Source: Okamejei kenojei | Taxonomy: Eukaryota | Direction of reading: 5' to 3' | Assembly: GCA_035221665.1 (NCBI GenBank) | Contig: CM069150.1 | Span: 37,200,001-37,264,000, forward strand | DNA length: 64,000 bases | Shown: positions 1 through 13,431 of the stretch, one piece after another | Layout of the letters: each line of letters begins with the position of its first letter | Numbering within the stretch: the first letter of the stretch is position 1 | Notes under the pieces: generated by a model | Databases searched by the model: none | Told to the model about the DNA's origin: nothing | The model's input: only the letters and a program-made list of their open reading frames with translations | Made by a program: the position numbers and the translations under genes

Positions 1-280
1 TCCAGTTCCACTAATGTTCTATAATACTCACATTCCCTTCAATGCCCACCAGATTCTACCTCCGTCATCATATTCACCAACATACTACGGGCGATTTACA
101 ATGACCAATTAACCCACCAATCCATAAATCTTTGAAATGTGGGTGGAAACAAAGCACCTGGAGGAAACCCACATGATCACGAGGAAAACATGTAAACTCC
201 AGACAGACAGCACTGGAGGTCAGGATTGAACTCAAGTTGTTGGAGTGATGAGTGAACAGTTCTATGTTGTGGCACTAGAC
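1..280 (-). mobile_element. tRNA-derived V-SINE (HE1-like), degraded
   Basis: Reverse complement of the V-domain (GGAAAC...CACCTGGAGGAAACCCAC...AAACTCCAGACAGACAGC); similar to the copy at 22740-23048. Confidence 0.75.
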
Positions 281-579
281 CACCTTTATGTGTGAAAATG
301 TTATCCATGTAATATATGTGCTCATATATACTTGGTTTAAATTAGGTTGATTTTGCTAAGTAATTTATTTCCATTGCTATGACATTCTATCAACGAAAGT
401 GTAAATTTATGCATTAGATTGTCTTGGCAAACTGTCTTGCCAAACTGTTTTATTTGGATGTTCTGTGTTCAAGGTCAAAGTCGTATATTGAAACAGGAGG
501 ATGGAATGTACATTCATTGTGGGAATAGCAGTATTCAGTCCCAGAATGATCAACAAATGTTAATAGTCTGTAAGTAGTA

Positions 580-690
580 CAGTGCCCTCCATAATGTTTG
601 GGATAAAGACCTATCATTTATTTTCTTGTGGAGTACAGAGGCAAGTAAATAAATGATTGGTCTTTGTATCAAACATTATGGAAGGCATTG
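580..690. mobile_element. 111-bp Tc1/mariner-type MITE (near-complete palindrome) with TA target duplication
   Basis: TA-CAGTGCCCTCCATAATGTTTG...CAAACATTATGGAAGGCATTG-TA; ~44-bp inverted arms. Confidence 0.85.
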
Positions 691-739
691 TATGTATGCT
701 CTTCATAATAAGAAATTGTCCAGTCTTGTAACTCAGAAT

Positions 740-1660
740 ATAATTACCGACATCTTTTGTGAGTCTAGATTTTTCCATTTTTGGTCAGCATTGTGATGTG
801 TTAACAATCGGTTTCTCATGAACGCTGTCAATTAACCTCCACAGCTGGAATCACTGCAAGCAAGTTTTAGTGCAGAGTTAATGTTGTAATCTCCCAAAAA
901 AGGATTCACTGCTAAGGCTTTTCTTTTCCCTGAGCTTTCATTCATGAGGTACTGGCCTGGATGGATTTGGCATTTGGCTTAACACTCGTGGAGCTCAGTG
1001 CCCTTTAATACCTGTGTATTCATTAAGCAGATCTTCACGTGTTCTAGAAACTACTTTAAGCATTGTTATGAAGCATTCACACTAAATATGTTTTGCCATT
1101 CCATCCTCAATTCTCTCAGCCAATCTTTTAGCATGGTTGGTCTGTTTACATGATCGGCCACTATGATTGGGATTGTATACTCCCAACAGCTCTTGAATTT
1201 CAGTGCAGATATGATCTTTTTTTTACACTTTCCTCTGACCCCATCTCTTTGGCCAGTTCTACCTCCTTGTTCAGCTTTCACTGTCCTCACAAATCTTCCC
1301 CTCCCTGACCCCGAGTGACTGTTCCTCAGCAAGAGGCCTCTGGTTTGTCTTCCTCCACGCCCATCTAAGTGAATTCTGAGTATGACACGACATTGAACTT
1401 TTCTTTGACTGTCCCCACCTTTGTGCGCATTCTTTTGGTCAGGAGTCTTCACTTCAAATTGTAAATCTTTCCCTTGCCAGGATTTCCGTTGCCTCTGGCC
1501 TCTTGTCTTATCTCGAAACAGTCATTGCAGACCTCTGATGCAATAATGACCATCCTTATTTTTTCTATACCCTTTACTTGCTCTAACATTTTGTCTTCTG
1601 AACGCAACAGTCTATTTATGAAGACTAAATCAATATCATCATCAAACTCATAGAGAAGGG
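740..1660 (-). mobile_element. Highly decayed Ty3/Gypsy LTR-retrotransposon remnant (gag-, protease- and RNase H-like fragments)
   Basis: Minus-strand peptides: IPIIVADHVNRPTMLKDWLRELRMEWQNIFSV (post-protease LPxxV..LGRDWL..L..W..IF type), LGDYNINSALKLACSDSSCG and EKPIVNTS/MLTK (RNase H LKLACDASxYG / ERPIAFASRTLT type), YEFDDDIDLVFINRL (gag-like). Confidence 0.6.
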
Positions 1661-1729
1661 TAGCGCTTGTTGTGGTGTGGTGAGCTGACTCCTATGTTGC
1701 AGACACCAAATGTCAACCCACCCAAACTT

Positions 1730-1935
1730 ACTTTCTCACACCTCCTTCTGCACTATGACCCTATTACTAATGGTCTGGCTATTGTCTACCAGCTGGTTTC
1801 ATGTTTAATTTCCTCAAGAGATCTTCCATCCAAAGCTTTCAGTGTTGCAATCTCCCAGTGCTGCACAGCTGCTCATATCTCCTGCCCTAAATTCAGAAGC
1901 AGAACTGTTACAGCATTGTTTCAGGCTGCACCAAC
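1730..1935 (+). mobile_element. Decayed Penelope-like RT fragment
   Basis: HYDPITNGLAIVYQLVSCLISSRDLPSKAFSVAISQCCTA aligns by eye to NHDPTDKHQATISSTITDFITSGSLPSQASTLIVPQPRTA of the 14630..15364 ORF. Confidence 0.55.
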
Positions 1936-1936
1936 C

Positions 1937-3118
1937 ACACATAGTAATAACAGGATCGGTCCGAGACAGCATGGATTTATGAAGGGGAAATCATGCTTGA
2001 CTAATCCTCGGGAATTCTTTGAGGCTGTAACTAGGAAAATGGACAAGGGAGAGCCAGTGGATGTGGTGTACCTGGACTTTCAGCAAGCCTTTGATAAGGT
2101 CCCACATAGGAGATTAGTGGGCAAAATTAGAGCACATGGTATTGCGGGTAGGGTACTGACATGATAGAAAATTGGTTGGCAGACAGGAAACAAAGAGTAG
2201 GGATTAACGGATCCCTTTCAGAATGGCAGGAAGTGACTAGTGGGGTAACGCAAGGCTCGGTGCTGGGACCGAAGCTATTTACAAAATACATTAATGATTT
2301 AGATGAAGGGATTAAAAGTAACATTAGCAAATTTGCAGATGACACAAAGCTGGGTGACAGTGTGAACTGTGAGGAGGATGCTATGAGGATGCAGGGTGAC
2401 TTGCAGGTTGGGTGAGTGGGCAGATGCATGGCAGAAGCAGTTTAATATGGATAAATGTGAGGTTATCCACTTTAGTGGTAAGAACGGGAAGGCAGATTAT
2501 TATCTGAATGGTGTCAAATTAGGAAAAGGGTAAGTACAACAAGATCTGGGTGTCCTTGTTCAACTGTCACTGAAAGTAAGCATGCAGGTACAGCAGGCAG
2601 TGAAGAAAGCTGATGGCATGTTGGCCTTCATAACAAGAGGAGTTGAGTATAGGAGCAAGAGGTCCTTCTGCATTTGTACAGGGCACTAGTGAGGCCACAC
2701 CTGGAGTATTGTGTGCAGTTTTGGTCTCCAAATTAAAGAAAGGACATTCTTGCTATTGAGGGAGTGTAGCGTAGATTTACGAGGTTAATTCCCAGGATGA
2801 CGGGACTGTCATATGTTGAACGAATGGAGCGACTTTGCTTGTATACACTGGAATTTAGGACGAGAGGGGATCTTATTGAAACATATAAGATTATTAAGGA
2901 ATTGGACACGCTAGAGGCAGGAAACATGTTCCCGTTGTTGGGGGAGTCCAGATATATGAATAAGATTGGTTTAAAGAGATATAGGACCAGCCCAGAATGC
3001 CAACTTGGACATAGGCCCTACGGGCCAATTGATCCAATGCCACCTTGGTTGGCATCAATCAGTTGGGCCAAAGGGCCTATTTCCATGCTGTGTAGCTCAA
3101 TGATTATTATGACTCTAA
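1937..3118 (+). mobile_element. CR1 LINE ORF2 (RT) fragment with frameshifts, followed by a CR1-type 3' tail
   Basis: QHGFMKGKSCLTN, VDVVYLDFQQAFDKVPH, SGVTQGSVLGP, KFADDTKLG; the tail from ~2954 appears to come from a different subfamily. Confidence 0.93.
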
Positions 3119-4989
3119 GATAGATCCTCCATATTTCATTCTGATAGTGCGGCCATGGGATGGCCATGAGTAGTAGGCACCGGGACAACAGGATTTATCT
3201 CAATCATTTATATAATTCCCATTTTTAGGTCGGTCCACTTTCTACTGGCAGGGTAATTTTACATAAAAGGTTTCAATTGCATATTTTCTTTTACATGTTT
3301 GGCTTAAGTTTAGTATGCAGCACTGTCTGCATTCCTTCATCAATTGACAAGCATGATATAGGTGAAAGCTGGATTTTGTTTCCTTCATCATCTTGAATTC
3401 TCAGTCCTACTTCCATTGGTATCCTTATACGCAGCATCCATAAGTCAGTGATGAAGCCCTTGTAAGAGATCTTCAGCTGCTGCATGCAGCTGCTACAACT
3501 GCTGCAGGAATAAATCTGCAGTTCTAAAATCTGTGTGATTTATTTCTGCTTTCACTTTCTTTCTAGCTAAATGGCTCAAGTATGGCTGCAAAAGATCCAA
3601 AGGAACCAGCAAGCATAGAGAATTGTGCATATTTCTGAACCAACTAATTTTTCTAGTTTTGATTTGCACACTGATTCGCAATAGTTTCCGTTGGATGTTG
3701 ATATCATGTTAGCTTGGAAATTATGAGGGCTGACCCATTTGCGCATGAATCCCCAGCTTTCCAGTTGCTAAAGCAGTGACATTTCAGCCTTGTGATGATA
3801 CACAGCCACTCTTATTAAAGAAGCACCCGTTTTCTTATCATTTGTGAGTTTATCGTGGGAAGGGGGTTGGTTGAACTCAGAACCAACCACTGTTCTGTTT
3901 ATTCATTGTTTATTCGTATTCAAAATATTACAGCTACTTTTTTTTCCCCCTCTCCTGAGCAATTTTCATCAATGAAACTTGTCGGGAGAGTAGATTCGTA
4001 AGCGGTAAAGATGTCTTCAGTGTAGTATAGGAAATACAGTCTCAGGAATTTTACTGTACAGTTTTTTATTTGAATAGCCATTTTCAAATATGAATTTGAT
4101 TGCACAATAGTTTTTGAAGCATCCAATCCACAATACTAAAGCGGACTGACAAATTGAAATGCACATTTTCCTGATTGAAAAATGCTGTTGGAATTTAGCA
4201 GTAATTCAATTTTCATTTTCCAAGTATATAGAGAGTGGGAAGTATAGAGAATTACATTTTTGTGTCATTGATTTTTTCATTTATCCAAATTGCTTCTCAC
4301 TGTAATTTGACTATTTTTCCTCAATAGTATGTCAGATCTTTTTTAAGCTACATTTTCTAAATTGCCTTCAGGTGGGGAGTCTGCCAAGTTAAGGGTCTGG
4401 ACATTATTCATGGAGTTATGTTCAAATTTAGAAGATGGAATTTTGAATTGGTTTGAATTTGAATTAAACAATAATTTCAATGAACAAGTACAATGGCTAA
4501 AGTGAAAGAAGAACAAATAATTAAGTTATAGGGTCTTAATTAAGCTGACAGCAGTTCAATTTCCAATCCTAGTTTATCTAACTATTTTACTAATAGCTGA
4601 AAGTTATTTATTATTTTGAAATATGGTACTGGATCAATCAAGTCTTAATGTTATCTCCTTTCCCAACAGTCCTAAAGGAATGTTTTCTTGCTTTAAGTGC
4701 AATGCTGAATTTCAACATTTATTTGTCAATTTTATTCTACTAGAGACATATTTGCACAACTGGAAAACAGGCTCTTTGGTCCAACTCATCCAGATTACCA
4801 CTGAATTACTCTAGATTGGATTGACAATGTTAAATCGTTTTGTAAAAACGATTAGTACAGCTCAAGATTTTTTTGGGGCTGGATACTGAGAGATAGGCAG
4901 AATGTTTACTATATTTTCCATATGTCATGAAAGTTGCTAAGAGGCCTCTTGCAGAAATTATGAAATTCTAAGTTTTGATTTGGTTACTT

Positions 4990-5335
4990 TGGAGAGGATG
5001 TGGAGGAGATTAACCAGGAAGACAATAAGGATGGAGTACTTGAGAAGAGACGAAATAATTTGGAATTGGATGGGCCAGACATGTCCAAGAGAAGATTTAA
5101 CAGAGATGTTCAATTTATTAATGCTTGTAGTACAGGAGAACCTTTACCACTGGTAGGATAATAATAGCCAGAGAGGATAAATGTAATTATTAGCAAAGGA
5201 AACTGGCTTACATAGTGGAGCTCTAATCTCAAAACTACTGTTTAAAAGGATGTTGGAAGTAGAATCAACAGCCTTCTAAAAGGGAATAGACAGTTACTCT
5301 AAGAGGAATAATCTCTAGGGCTGTAAATATGCATT
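4990..5335 (+). mobile_element. Old degraded CR1 3' fragment
   Basis: GGAGAGGATGTGGAGGAGATTAACCAGGA...GATTTAACAGAGATGTTCAA resembles the CR1 ORF2 C-terminus. Confidence 0.5.
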
Positions 5336-6169
5336 ATGGACATAACAATCTGCTCCAGCATTCCATTTGTATTTGGTTCAATAATGTTTGTGGAGGCTAG
5401 CATCATTTTGGAGGGAATTTTATATCAAATGTTTTCCAACAGCAAGGACATGGAGACATAAGGGACTACTTCTTACTGATAAGGCCTGATAGCATTACTA
5501 GTATTTCTATTTTTGTTTAATACTTGGGTCCCTTTTCAGCTTTTAATAAAGTGGATATTAAAAAGTAATGCTGGTTTACAAAAAAAGACACAAAGTGCCG
5601 GAGTAACTCAGCAGGTCGGGTAGCATCTCTGGAAGACATTGATAGATGATGTTTCAGATCCGGACGCTTCTTCAGATATGGTGTGGATTTACAGCTACTT
5701 GTGCCTAGAAAGCTCAGGTACAGGAAGGGTAAAGGTCCCAGGTCAGGTGCAGAAAATCTGTTTATTTATTGTTTGCACATCCACCAGCCTTCAACCCAGA
5801 TTTTCTTCCATTAATTTCTTCACAGCACCCCTCCCTCCCAACCTAATTTCCTTGGATAAATGTAGGTTAAAATGCTAGTAATCTCACCAGAAATTAGATT
5901 TAAAGGTATTATTTGAGTTACTAATATCCATTGGGAGATTGCCAGGGGCAAAGGAGGGGCCGTTAGATGTATGAAAATAGCAGTGGCGTGTGGCAGATAC
6001 TGGCAGCATGACACTTGCTTGAAGATCCAGCTAGCAGTTCAGGAAATATAGCTCCAGGCAACGTAAATTGGCAATAGCTCAAAGTTCTGATTGCCATCAC
6101 TGTTACAAAGGAACAGGTTCAAGGATCTGACTAGTAGAATAGAAAAAGGTTCCCTCGTCTGTTGAGTTA

Positions 6170-7346
6170 CAAATCAGTTTTATTGGCAAGAGAGAGAACA
6201 AAAACAATACTTGGCTTGGTATGTGTGGGGTCCGTTTTACAGCAGTACACCTCCCTCTGCCTCCGTCCGCGGCGCTGATCGTGACTCAGTCCGTCGGTGA
6301 ACCCCTCTTGTACATGAATACATCAGATTTATTGGCAAGAGAGAGAATAAAAACAATACTTGTTTTGGTATGTGCAGGGTCCGTTTTCTGCAGCACAACT
6401 CTTTCTCTCTCGCTCTCTCTCTCTCTCTCTCTCCCTCTGCATCCATCCGCGTGCTGATCGCGACTCAGCCAATCGGTGAACCCCTCTCGTACATAAACTA
6501 ACTTATGGCTTACTGGCGCCTGCCTTAATACAGGTAGGAAATCAGCCGTTGAAATAACCGCCGGTAAGTCCTGGTCAATAGCGCTGCTCCCAAATTCAAA
6601 CTATAACCAATGGTAGGGGACTGCATTTGGGAACAAAGCGCTCTCAGCCACAGACTGGCGCGTAAAGCAATACACAGCGCTACAGGGTTGACGCGAGACC
6701 AATACACTCCGCACTACAGACTTGGCGTGTAAAGGTAGTACACATAGCAATGTTACAACATTTTGAGATTATAAAAATCAAGTCTGCAATTTATCCCATC
6801 AGATAAAGCATAAAAATAAGTTTAATTTGACACCTAATTCACTTTCATATCTTCAGTATTAAAAAAGTTAAGGCCATTTTCATACTCGGAAATTAGCAAC
6901 TTGTTTCCTTTTGCTTTTCTAGTGACTTAACACAAAAGTTGTGATCGAGGACAGTCAAAAGCCCATAACCTTCTTAAAAATTAAGAGAACTGAAAGAAAT
7001 TTTCAGTTATTATTGATTGAAGTATTCTGAAACATATATGAAACAATCTTACTTGGATGACCTGAAATTAAAGCATATAATTAGTTAGTTACCCAATAGT
7101 AGCTAATTACAAAATTCAATTACTAGATCAAAACATCTATCCATTTCTTAAGAAAAAAAAATAAAAATATTTAAAGCCTAAGTGTCCAATTAACATTCAC
7201 ACAATATAACATGATTTTAAAATCTAATTGTCATTAATTTATAGGCCAAATTGAGGGAATTTAGTGTTTAATGCCCATAAATTAATGGGCATTTTAAGCT
7301 TGCGAGTGGGATTTTCTGGAACGCGATGGATTAGAAAGTTGCGGTT
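6170..7346. repeat. Unclassified interspersed repeat (DNA-transposon-like) with an internal ~150-bp tandem duplication (6170-6320 / 6321-6497)
   Basis: Two diverged copies of ATCAG.TTTATTGGCAAGAGAGAGAA...GGTGAACCCCTCT.GTACAT; CpG-rich part followed by an AT-rich part. Confidence 0.5.
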
Positions 7347-9252
7347 GTAGGGTCTCGACCCAAAACGTCGCCTGTTCCTTCGCTCCATAGATGCTGCCTC
7401 ACCTGCTGAGTTTCTCTAGCTTTTTTGCCTACCTACAACATATAGTACAGTGATTTAAACTAGAAAATACACTTTTTGTTCATTATGGTATTTGCATGGT
7501 GTACCGATCCCCTACATCCATTGTGGTGGTTTCATGTGGTTTCCAAAACTTTTCATGTTGCAGTGACCCAGGTTCAGTCTCAACGTGAGTAAAGAGGTGA
7601 CACTTCTTTAGTAATATTCAGAATTCAAATACCGTAAACGCATATAATGGTTAAAAAGTCAAACGCACATTAATTTAATCTGCAGTATGCAAATTTGATC
7701 TCAAATTTTATTGTGAGCTCATTTTATTTAGTGTAGTTATTAGTCGAATGATCAATAGCATTGAATAATGGAATGTAAAATTGAAGACATATTCACATTT
7801 TAAGTAATTGGCTCAGTTTTTGGTTGTAATTTTGCTTTAAAAGGAAAAAGAAATCAGTTGTTAATTACCTAATTCCTGACTCTTTGTACATTTCAAAGAT
7901 GTCCAGATAAGATCTTAATGTCAATAGCCTGCTTTGAGACTGTCAGCAAATCCATTTAACTCTTTTTTTTCCCCAAGGAATTTTTCATTTAAAACTTTCA
8001 TTTCACAGTGTGAACCAAAATACAATACCAGGGGTCTCTGCAATGTAGGATGCCATTTTGCTAAACTAATATGGCCATGTTTACACCAGGTTAATAGTTC
8101 TGACTTACTTTTTGATATCCACTTTATTAAAAGCTGAAGGAACCCAAGTATAAAACAAAATTAGAAAATGTTAGAAACACTATCAGACTTTATCAATAAG
8201 AAGAGAAACGGTCAACGTTTCAGGTCAAAGACCCTTTGTCAGAATAAATCAGAGTTTTAACGAAGATCTCATAACTGAAAAGTTGACTCTATATTGCTTC
8301 CCACAAATGTGGCCTGACCTGCTAAGTGATTCCAGCATTTAAAGAAAATACATTTATTTTCTTAATTTGGCATTTCTGGCAAAAGACTGTTAAATATAAT
8401 GTTATAATAATGTATTGAATAAATATTTCATTTTACTTTTCAAATTTACTGAATTTGCCTTTGATAAATTACTGGTTTATTTTTCAACTACCCTGTCTGC
8501 AAGATGTACTTTGTTTTAACAAGTCATTTGGCTGCTTCCCAACAAGCATGTTTTAGCAAGAATCTAGTAGATCAGTCAATTGTAGGAGCACTATTTGTTA
8601 TGTTGCTAACACGTCCTAAACCCCTACCTCAGAAATGGGTACACCCCAATAAAAGGGGATTACCCGAGGAATTTGAAGAGCAACTTTGTCTATGTTAAAA
8701 CAAATATATCAGCATTAACATAAACATTGTTTTCAGACAAAATCTATAAACTGCAGTTTTGCTGCCTGTGTTTGCTGGAATTTGAAGTATGGCACAAAGC
8801 CTTAAAACAATATTCTTTATGAAAATTGGCTGATGCATTTCCTTTATTGGCTGTATGTTCTTCTGCCAAACTTTATACTCTTTTCATCAAAAGTGAGCTA
8901 CACAGGAATGGGAATGTACAATTGCAGGCAAAAGCCAGTGTCAGAGCCACACTGAGGGTCAAACTAAACATTGAATAATCCACCCCCATTTGACTGTAAT
9001 TAGTCTGTTTCCACCAGGAATATTGTTGTAATGCTACCTTTTTCTTACTATGTTCTGGTCTAATAAAAGTTACCGATACACATCATACTTTATTTAATAT
9101 ACAGGCTATCCCCGGTTAAATAATTGATTAGGTTCCAAAAAATCCATTGATATGAAAAATTCCAAAGGCAGGATTTACAGTGAACCCTTATCTTTCACCA
9201 GGGATACCACTTGCTGTGAATGGTAAGAAATGTAGTCAGAAGCTAGTCAATC

Positions 9253-10111
9253 TATTCTAACATTTCTCCTATTTGTGATAAATGTCAGAACTTGGAAGCT
9301 AATTTAACGCATAGTTTTGTAACATGTATAAAACTTAATTATTATTGGATAGAAATCTTTAGAGTTATTTCTGAAGTTCTTAAAATTAAACTAGACCCAG
9401 ATCCAAAATTAATAATATTAGGAGTTCCGGATTCAAATCTAACATTAACAGTAAACCAAAGAAATTTCTTGGATTACTGTTTGATAATAGGGAAAAAATT
9501 AATATTGAAATTTTGGAAGGGAACATTATCCCCCACAATTAAAATGTGGACAGTGGAAATGTTGGAGACGTTGCATTTGGAAAGAATCAGATTTGTCCTA
9601 ATGGACAAATACGAACTCTTTGAACAGATATGGTCTCCATATACAGAATATTTGAAGGGGTAGCTGTTCTTGGCATCACAACTCAATGGATACCCGGCAG
9701 GATTAGATGAAAATAACTCTTTGTTTCTCTTTTTGATTTGTATACATGTCTCCATTAATATTGTATTTGAAATAGTTATTCACTATTAAGATGTATAGTA
9801 TAATCTCTCTCTTTTTCTATATAATACTTTATTTTAATTAAATATAAATAACAAGAATATATACATATACATATATATTTTTTTCTCCTCTTTTTTCTTT
9901 TCCACTTTTTTTTATAATCAAAATTATTATTTAATCACCACTTTTATTGATTAAAATCTATTCTTTTCTTTTTCTACTTTAAAAAAAAATAGAAGTTTAT
10001 AAGTACTATTCGTAACATTCGTATACTTATTGAAATAAGTAGGTTGTGTATTGTAAAAGTTGTAATACCGTTGTTATGATGGATTCCTTTTAATAAAAAT
10101 ATTATTACACG
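9253..10111 (+). mobile_element. 5'-truncated L1-clade LINE (ORF2 C-terminus with CCHC knuckle + 3'UTR) with a 15-bp TSD
   Basis: CDKC...HSFVTC then ...KKLILKFWK...IWSP; AATAAA at 10092; TSD AGAAGCTAGTCAATC at 9238-9252 and 10112-10126. Confidence 0.88.
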
Positions 10112-11479
10112 AGAAGCTAGTCAATCACCTCCCAGTAAGGTTGCAGTAAATCAACGTCAAGTGTGGTTGTTTTGACAAGCTAAAACTTGAAAGCCAATGC
10201 TTACAAGTCCATTCGCTCAATGGTTATTATTGCCAGATGGATGTGTGCAGAAGCTCAATAGAGTTATTTCCCCCCATTCTAAATATCATGTTTATTGCAC
10301 AGACTGCTGAATAGCATTTTAATTAAAACCCTTTGTAGCTATGAATGTTCACTGGCTGAGGGAAACCTGTACCTTCTAACATATTTGAAGTCTATCATTT
10401 TGCACAAGGGAACTTTGATTGCCACTTTTCATTGTTGGAGTCATGAACCAAAACTGAACCACCAGTCGAGTAACTGGAGCTCGGTGTAACTGTTTGTGCA
10501 AATCACATGCTGAAGCCATTTAGTTTGTGTTTCAGTGAGGTACAACTGTGATTATTTCCTGTTAAATTCCTTCCCGCCCTTGAAACTGGACTGTGTATTT
10601 ACAGCTATTATTCATTCAAGTGTACTTAATATTTTCCCATCATCATACACACACTCAGTGACATTTTCAATGTGCAATGTTTATTTCCACTATTACTGGC
10701 ATGAGGGACCTTCAATGAATATTCACAGCTGAACCAGGATATTATGTTACTTTGTTGTTTTAAAAAAGATACTCCTCTGAAACCGAGACATCTGATCTAT
10801 GCCTTCAGCACTCGTAAAAGCTGTTTGCAGACTGTGCAAACGGCCTCCAGAATCTTCAGAATGTACTACAATTGGAACAAGTGCTTTTCCAGCAAAATAA
10901 AATTTGGGGAGCCTCATTAGTAACACCACAGGCACCAATCTATCACTGTAGGCATTGCTATGGTAATAGTTGGCCAGGTAGAGTGGTTCAGGGATGTGAG
11001 GCAGGAGGCAAAGGCACGTTTATTTCCGAAAAGGACACAAAGTGCTGGAGAAAGTCAGCAGTCCTGGGGTATATGGATAGGTGACATTTTGGGTCGAGAC
11101 CCTTCAGACTGATTTCTGAAAATCTACTCCCCACAGCCCCTCTCCATTGTCTCTATCTGTATCCATCCTCCTGCTTGTGCCCCCTTGGTGGATGGGTAGA
11201 TGGCCCCTCAGTTCATCGTTCTCGGGGTGGATCACAACCTCACACAGACATTGATCGTTGGAGGGCTCCCTCCCTTGTCGATGGTGTCTTCCTCATTGTC
11301 TTTACAAGGTTGAAGGAGATGAGTAAACATTTCATTTCATTTTCATCACTGGGGAAGGTTATGTTGTGTAAGAGTTAAGGAGGGGCTAGAATATCAACAT
11401 AGAGTTGAAAGTTAGAGTTTGGTATCGGGAGAGGAGGTGAGTGTAAGTGGAATAATAGGAGATTAGAGAGTTGAGGATA

Positions 11480-11650
11480 ATAGATTGAGAGTTGGTTAGA
11501 AGAAAGCAAAGATTGGGAATCAACAGCTCTTTCTCGGGTTGGCAGGCTGTGACTAGTGGCGTACCGTGGGACTTAGTGCTTCGGCTCCAGCTATTCACTA
11601 CTTGTATCGATGATTTGACTGAGGGGATCAAATATCATATTTCGAAAATC
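11480..11650 (+). mobile_element. CR1 RT fragment
   Basis: RKQRLGINSSFSGWQAVTSGVP...LFTTCIDDL. Confidence 0.8.
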
Positions 11651-13431
11651 CCCAAGACCTGGAGAAATAAGAAATAAATTTCATAAGTTAATATACTTCT
11701 ATCAGATTACCCTTCAGCCTCTGACGCTTTTGAGAAAACAATCCAAGTTTGTCCAACCTCTCCTTATATTTCTCTTGCTGCATCCTTCGAATTGAGCACC
11801 TGCTGTATCACTGCCACACACCCCCTTTGCATATAGGACCTTGCTCTTGGCCTCCATTCTTGCACCACCGCCTGGGTATACAGTCGGTTGAACCAACGAG
11901 CTCTGTTCCTCCGTACCATTTTGCCCATCATTGTGTGTTCTTGATGTGTGGCTCTTCTGGCGAATGTGTCTCTGAGGGATTAGACTAGAGCGTCAAATTT
12001 CTGCAGTTGTGCCAATTAGGCGAGATCCATTCAGGAAGTTTGAGGGTCCCTTTTCAGTGTGTGATCATGGATGCTATTTCACTACATTTGTAAGGTGGGG
12101 GGGGGGGCAATTGCATTTCAGTACCAAAGACTATGACCAACAAATAAAGCTGTAATCTAATTACTAGACAACTTTGTCCAAGGAGAAATTGGAAACATTG
12201 AAGACAGTTAACGCAAGGCAGGAATAGCGATGTCTTGGCAAGAAGACAGCTTGCAATCTGAGCCAGAAAAAGAAGGACCTAAAATTGGAAGGAGAAATGC
12301 CATAGCAGAAATGTTTATTTTTAAATTGAATGATGCTTGAATTTCAGTGTGTTAGTTATTTATTCGTTTCTTGATGATTCATTATGTTAAATAATAATGT
12401 GGCAGATAAAAATCTGAATTCAAAATCAAGTTCCAGGTATTGAGATGAGATTCAATGAATATCATATTTATGTAATTTGCTGCAATTTTGTAGTTTTATA
12501 TTTTTGCGAGTCAGGCAGCATCCTGGAGAACCTGGATATGTGATGTTTTCGGTTGGGGTTCTTCTTCAGAAGAAGGGTCCCAGCCCGATATGACCCTCTG
12601 AGTTACTCCAGCACTTTGTGTCTTTTTATTGTAAAACTGCAGTTCTTTGTTTCTAGAGGTAAAAATCATCTACGGTGTGGCCAGAGGTATGATTGGGAGT
12701 TTGGGACATGTTGGTGCAGGAAGCAATGAATAATTGAGCAGTAATAAGTTTGGCTTAGGAAGGTGTTGATAGGAGATGGGGTGTAGGTGGTAATGTTTGG
12801 GAGTTGGCAGTCTGTGTGAGTCAGTCTGAGAAAGGTTCATGCGGATCAGTGGCAAATGTAATTGGAGGGCAGTGAGTTTTATTTTGACATGGCATTGGGT
12901 ATGAGAATGTAGCTAACAAGGAAATCTGGAGACTGAGAGCAACCACAAGAAATCTACTCAAAGGAGAATCCACCTGGAAGACCTTCAGTGCCTTAGATAC
13001 CCCAGCAACAGGCAAGGTCAAGCCCTCTCAAACTAACTTTCCTGATAAGGCTTTCTCTAATCTCAGGAGAAGGCTTACTTCAAAATGAATGGTTTACACA
13101 GTTTGCAGACGTCATATGCAAACAATAATTTTTGACATGTGGCACCAAAACATGGATTGCATGCCACTTGATCTCGCTGTGCATCAGTCTCCTTGTTCAG
13201 GCATGTCAAGCACATCCAAAACCCAAAGCAATTTTCTAGAATTGCACTACCGGTAGAATGCAAGGGAATATTGTACATTACTTTGAACTACTGCATTTTA
13301 CGTTATAATTAAAACATTTGTAAATAATACAGGATTTAACGTGCTAGAATATTGAAAACAGATGCTCAACATGGGAATTTGGTTTAAGTATCACTGAATA
13401 GTGTTTGGATTTTAACGATGGTTCTAACAAA

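Noticed and set aside
1667-2164. 165-aa ORF that looks like a fusion protein
   Set aside because: Fortuitous read-through from a decayed Penelope fragment into a CR1 fragment; TTG start.
9100-9165. TA-CAGGCTATCCCCGGTTA, a possible Tigger TIR
   Set aside because: Too short, and no partner TIR found.
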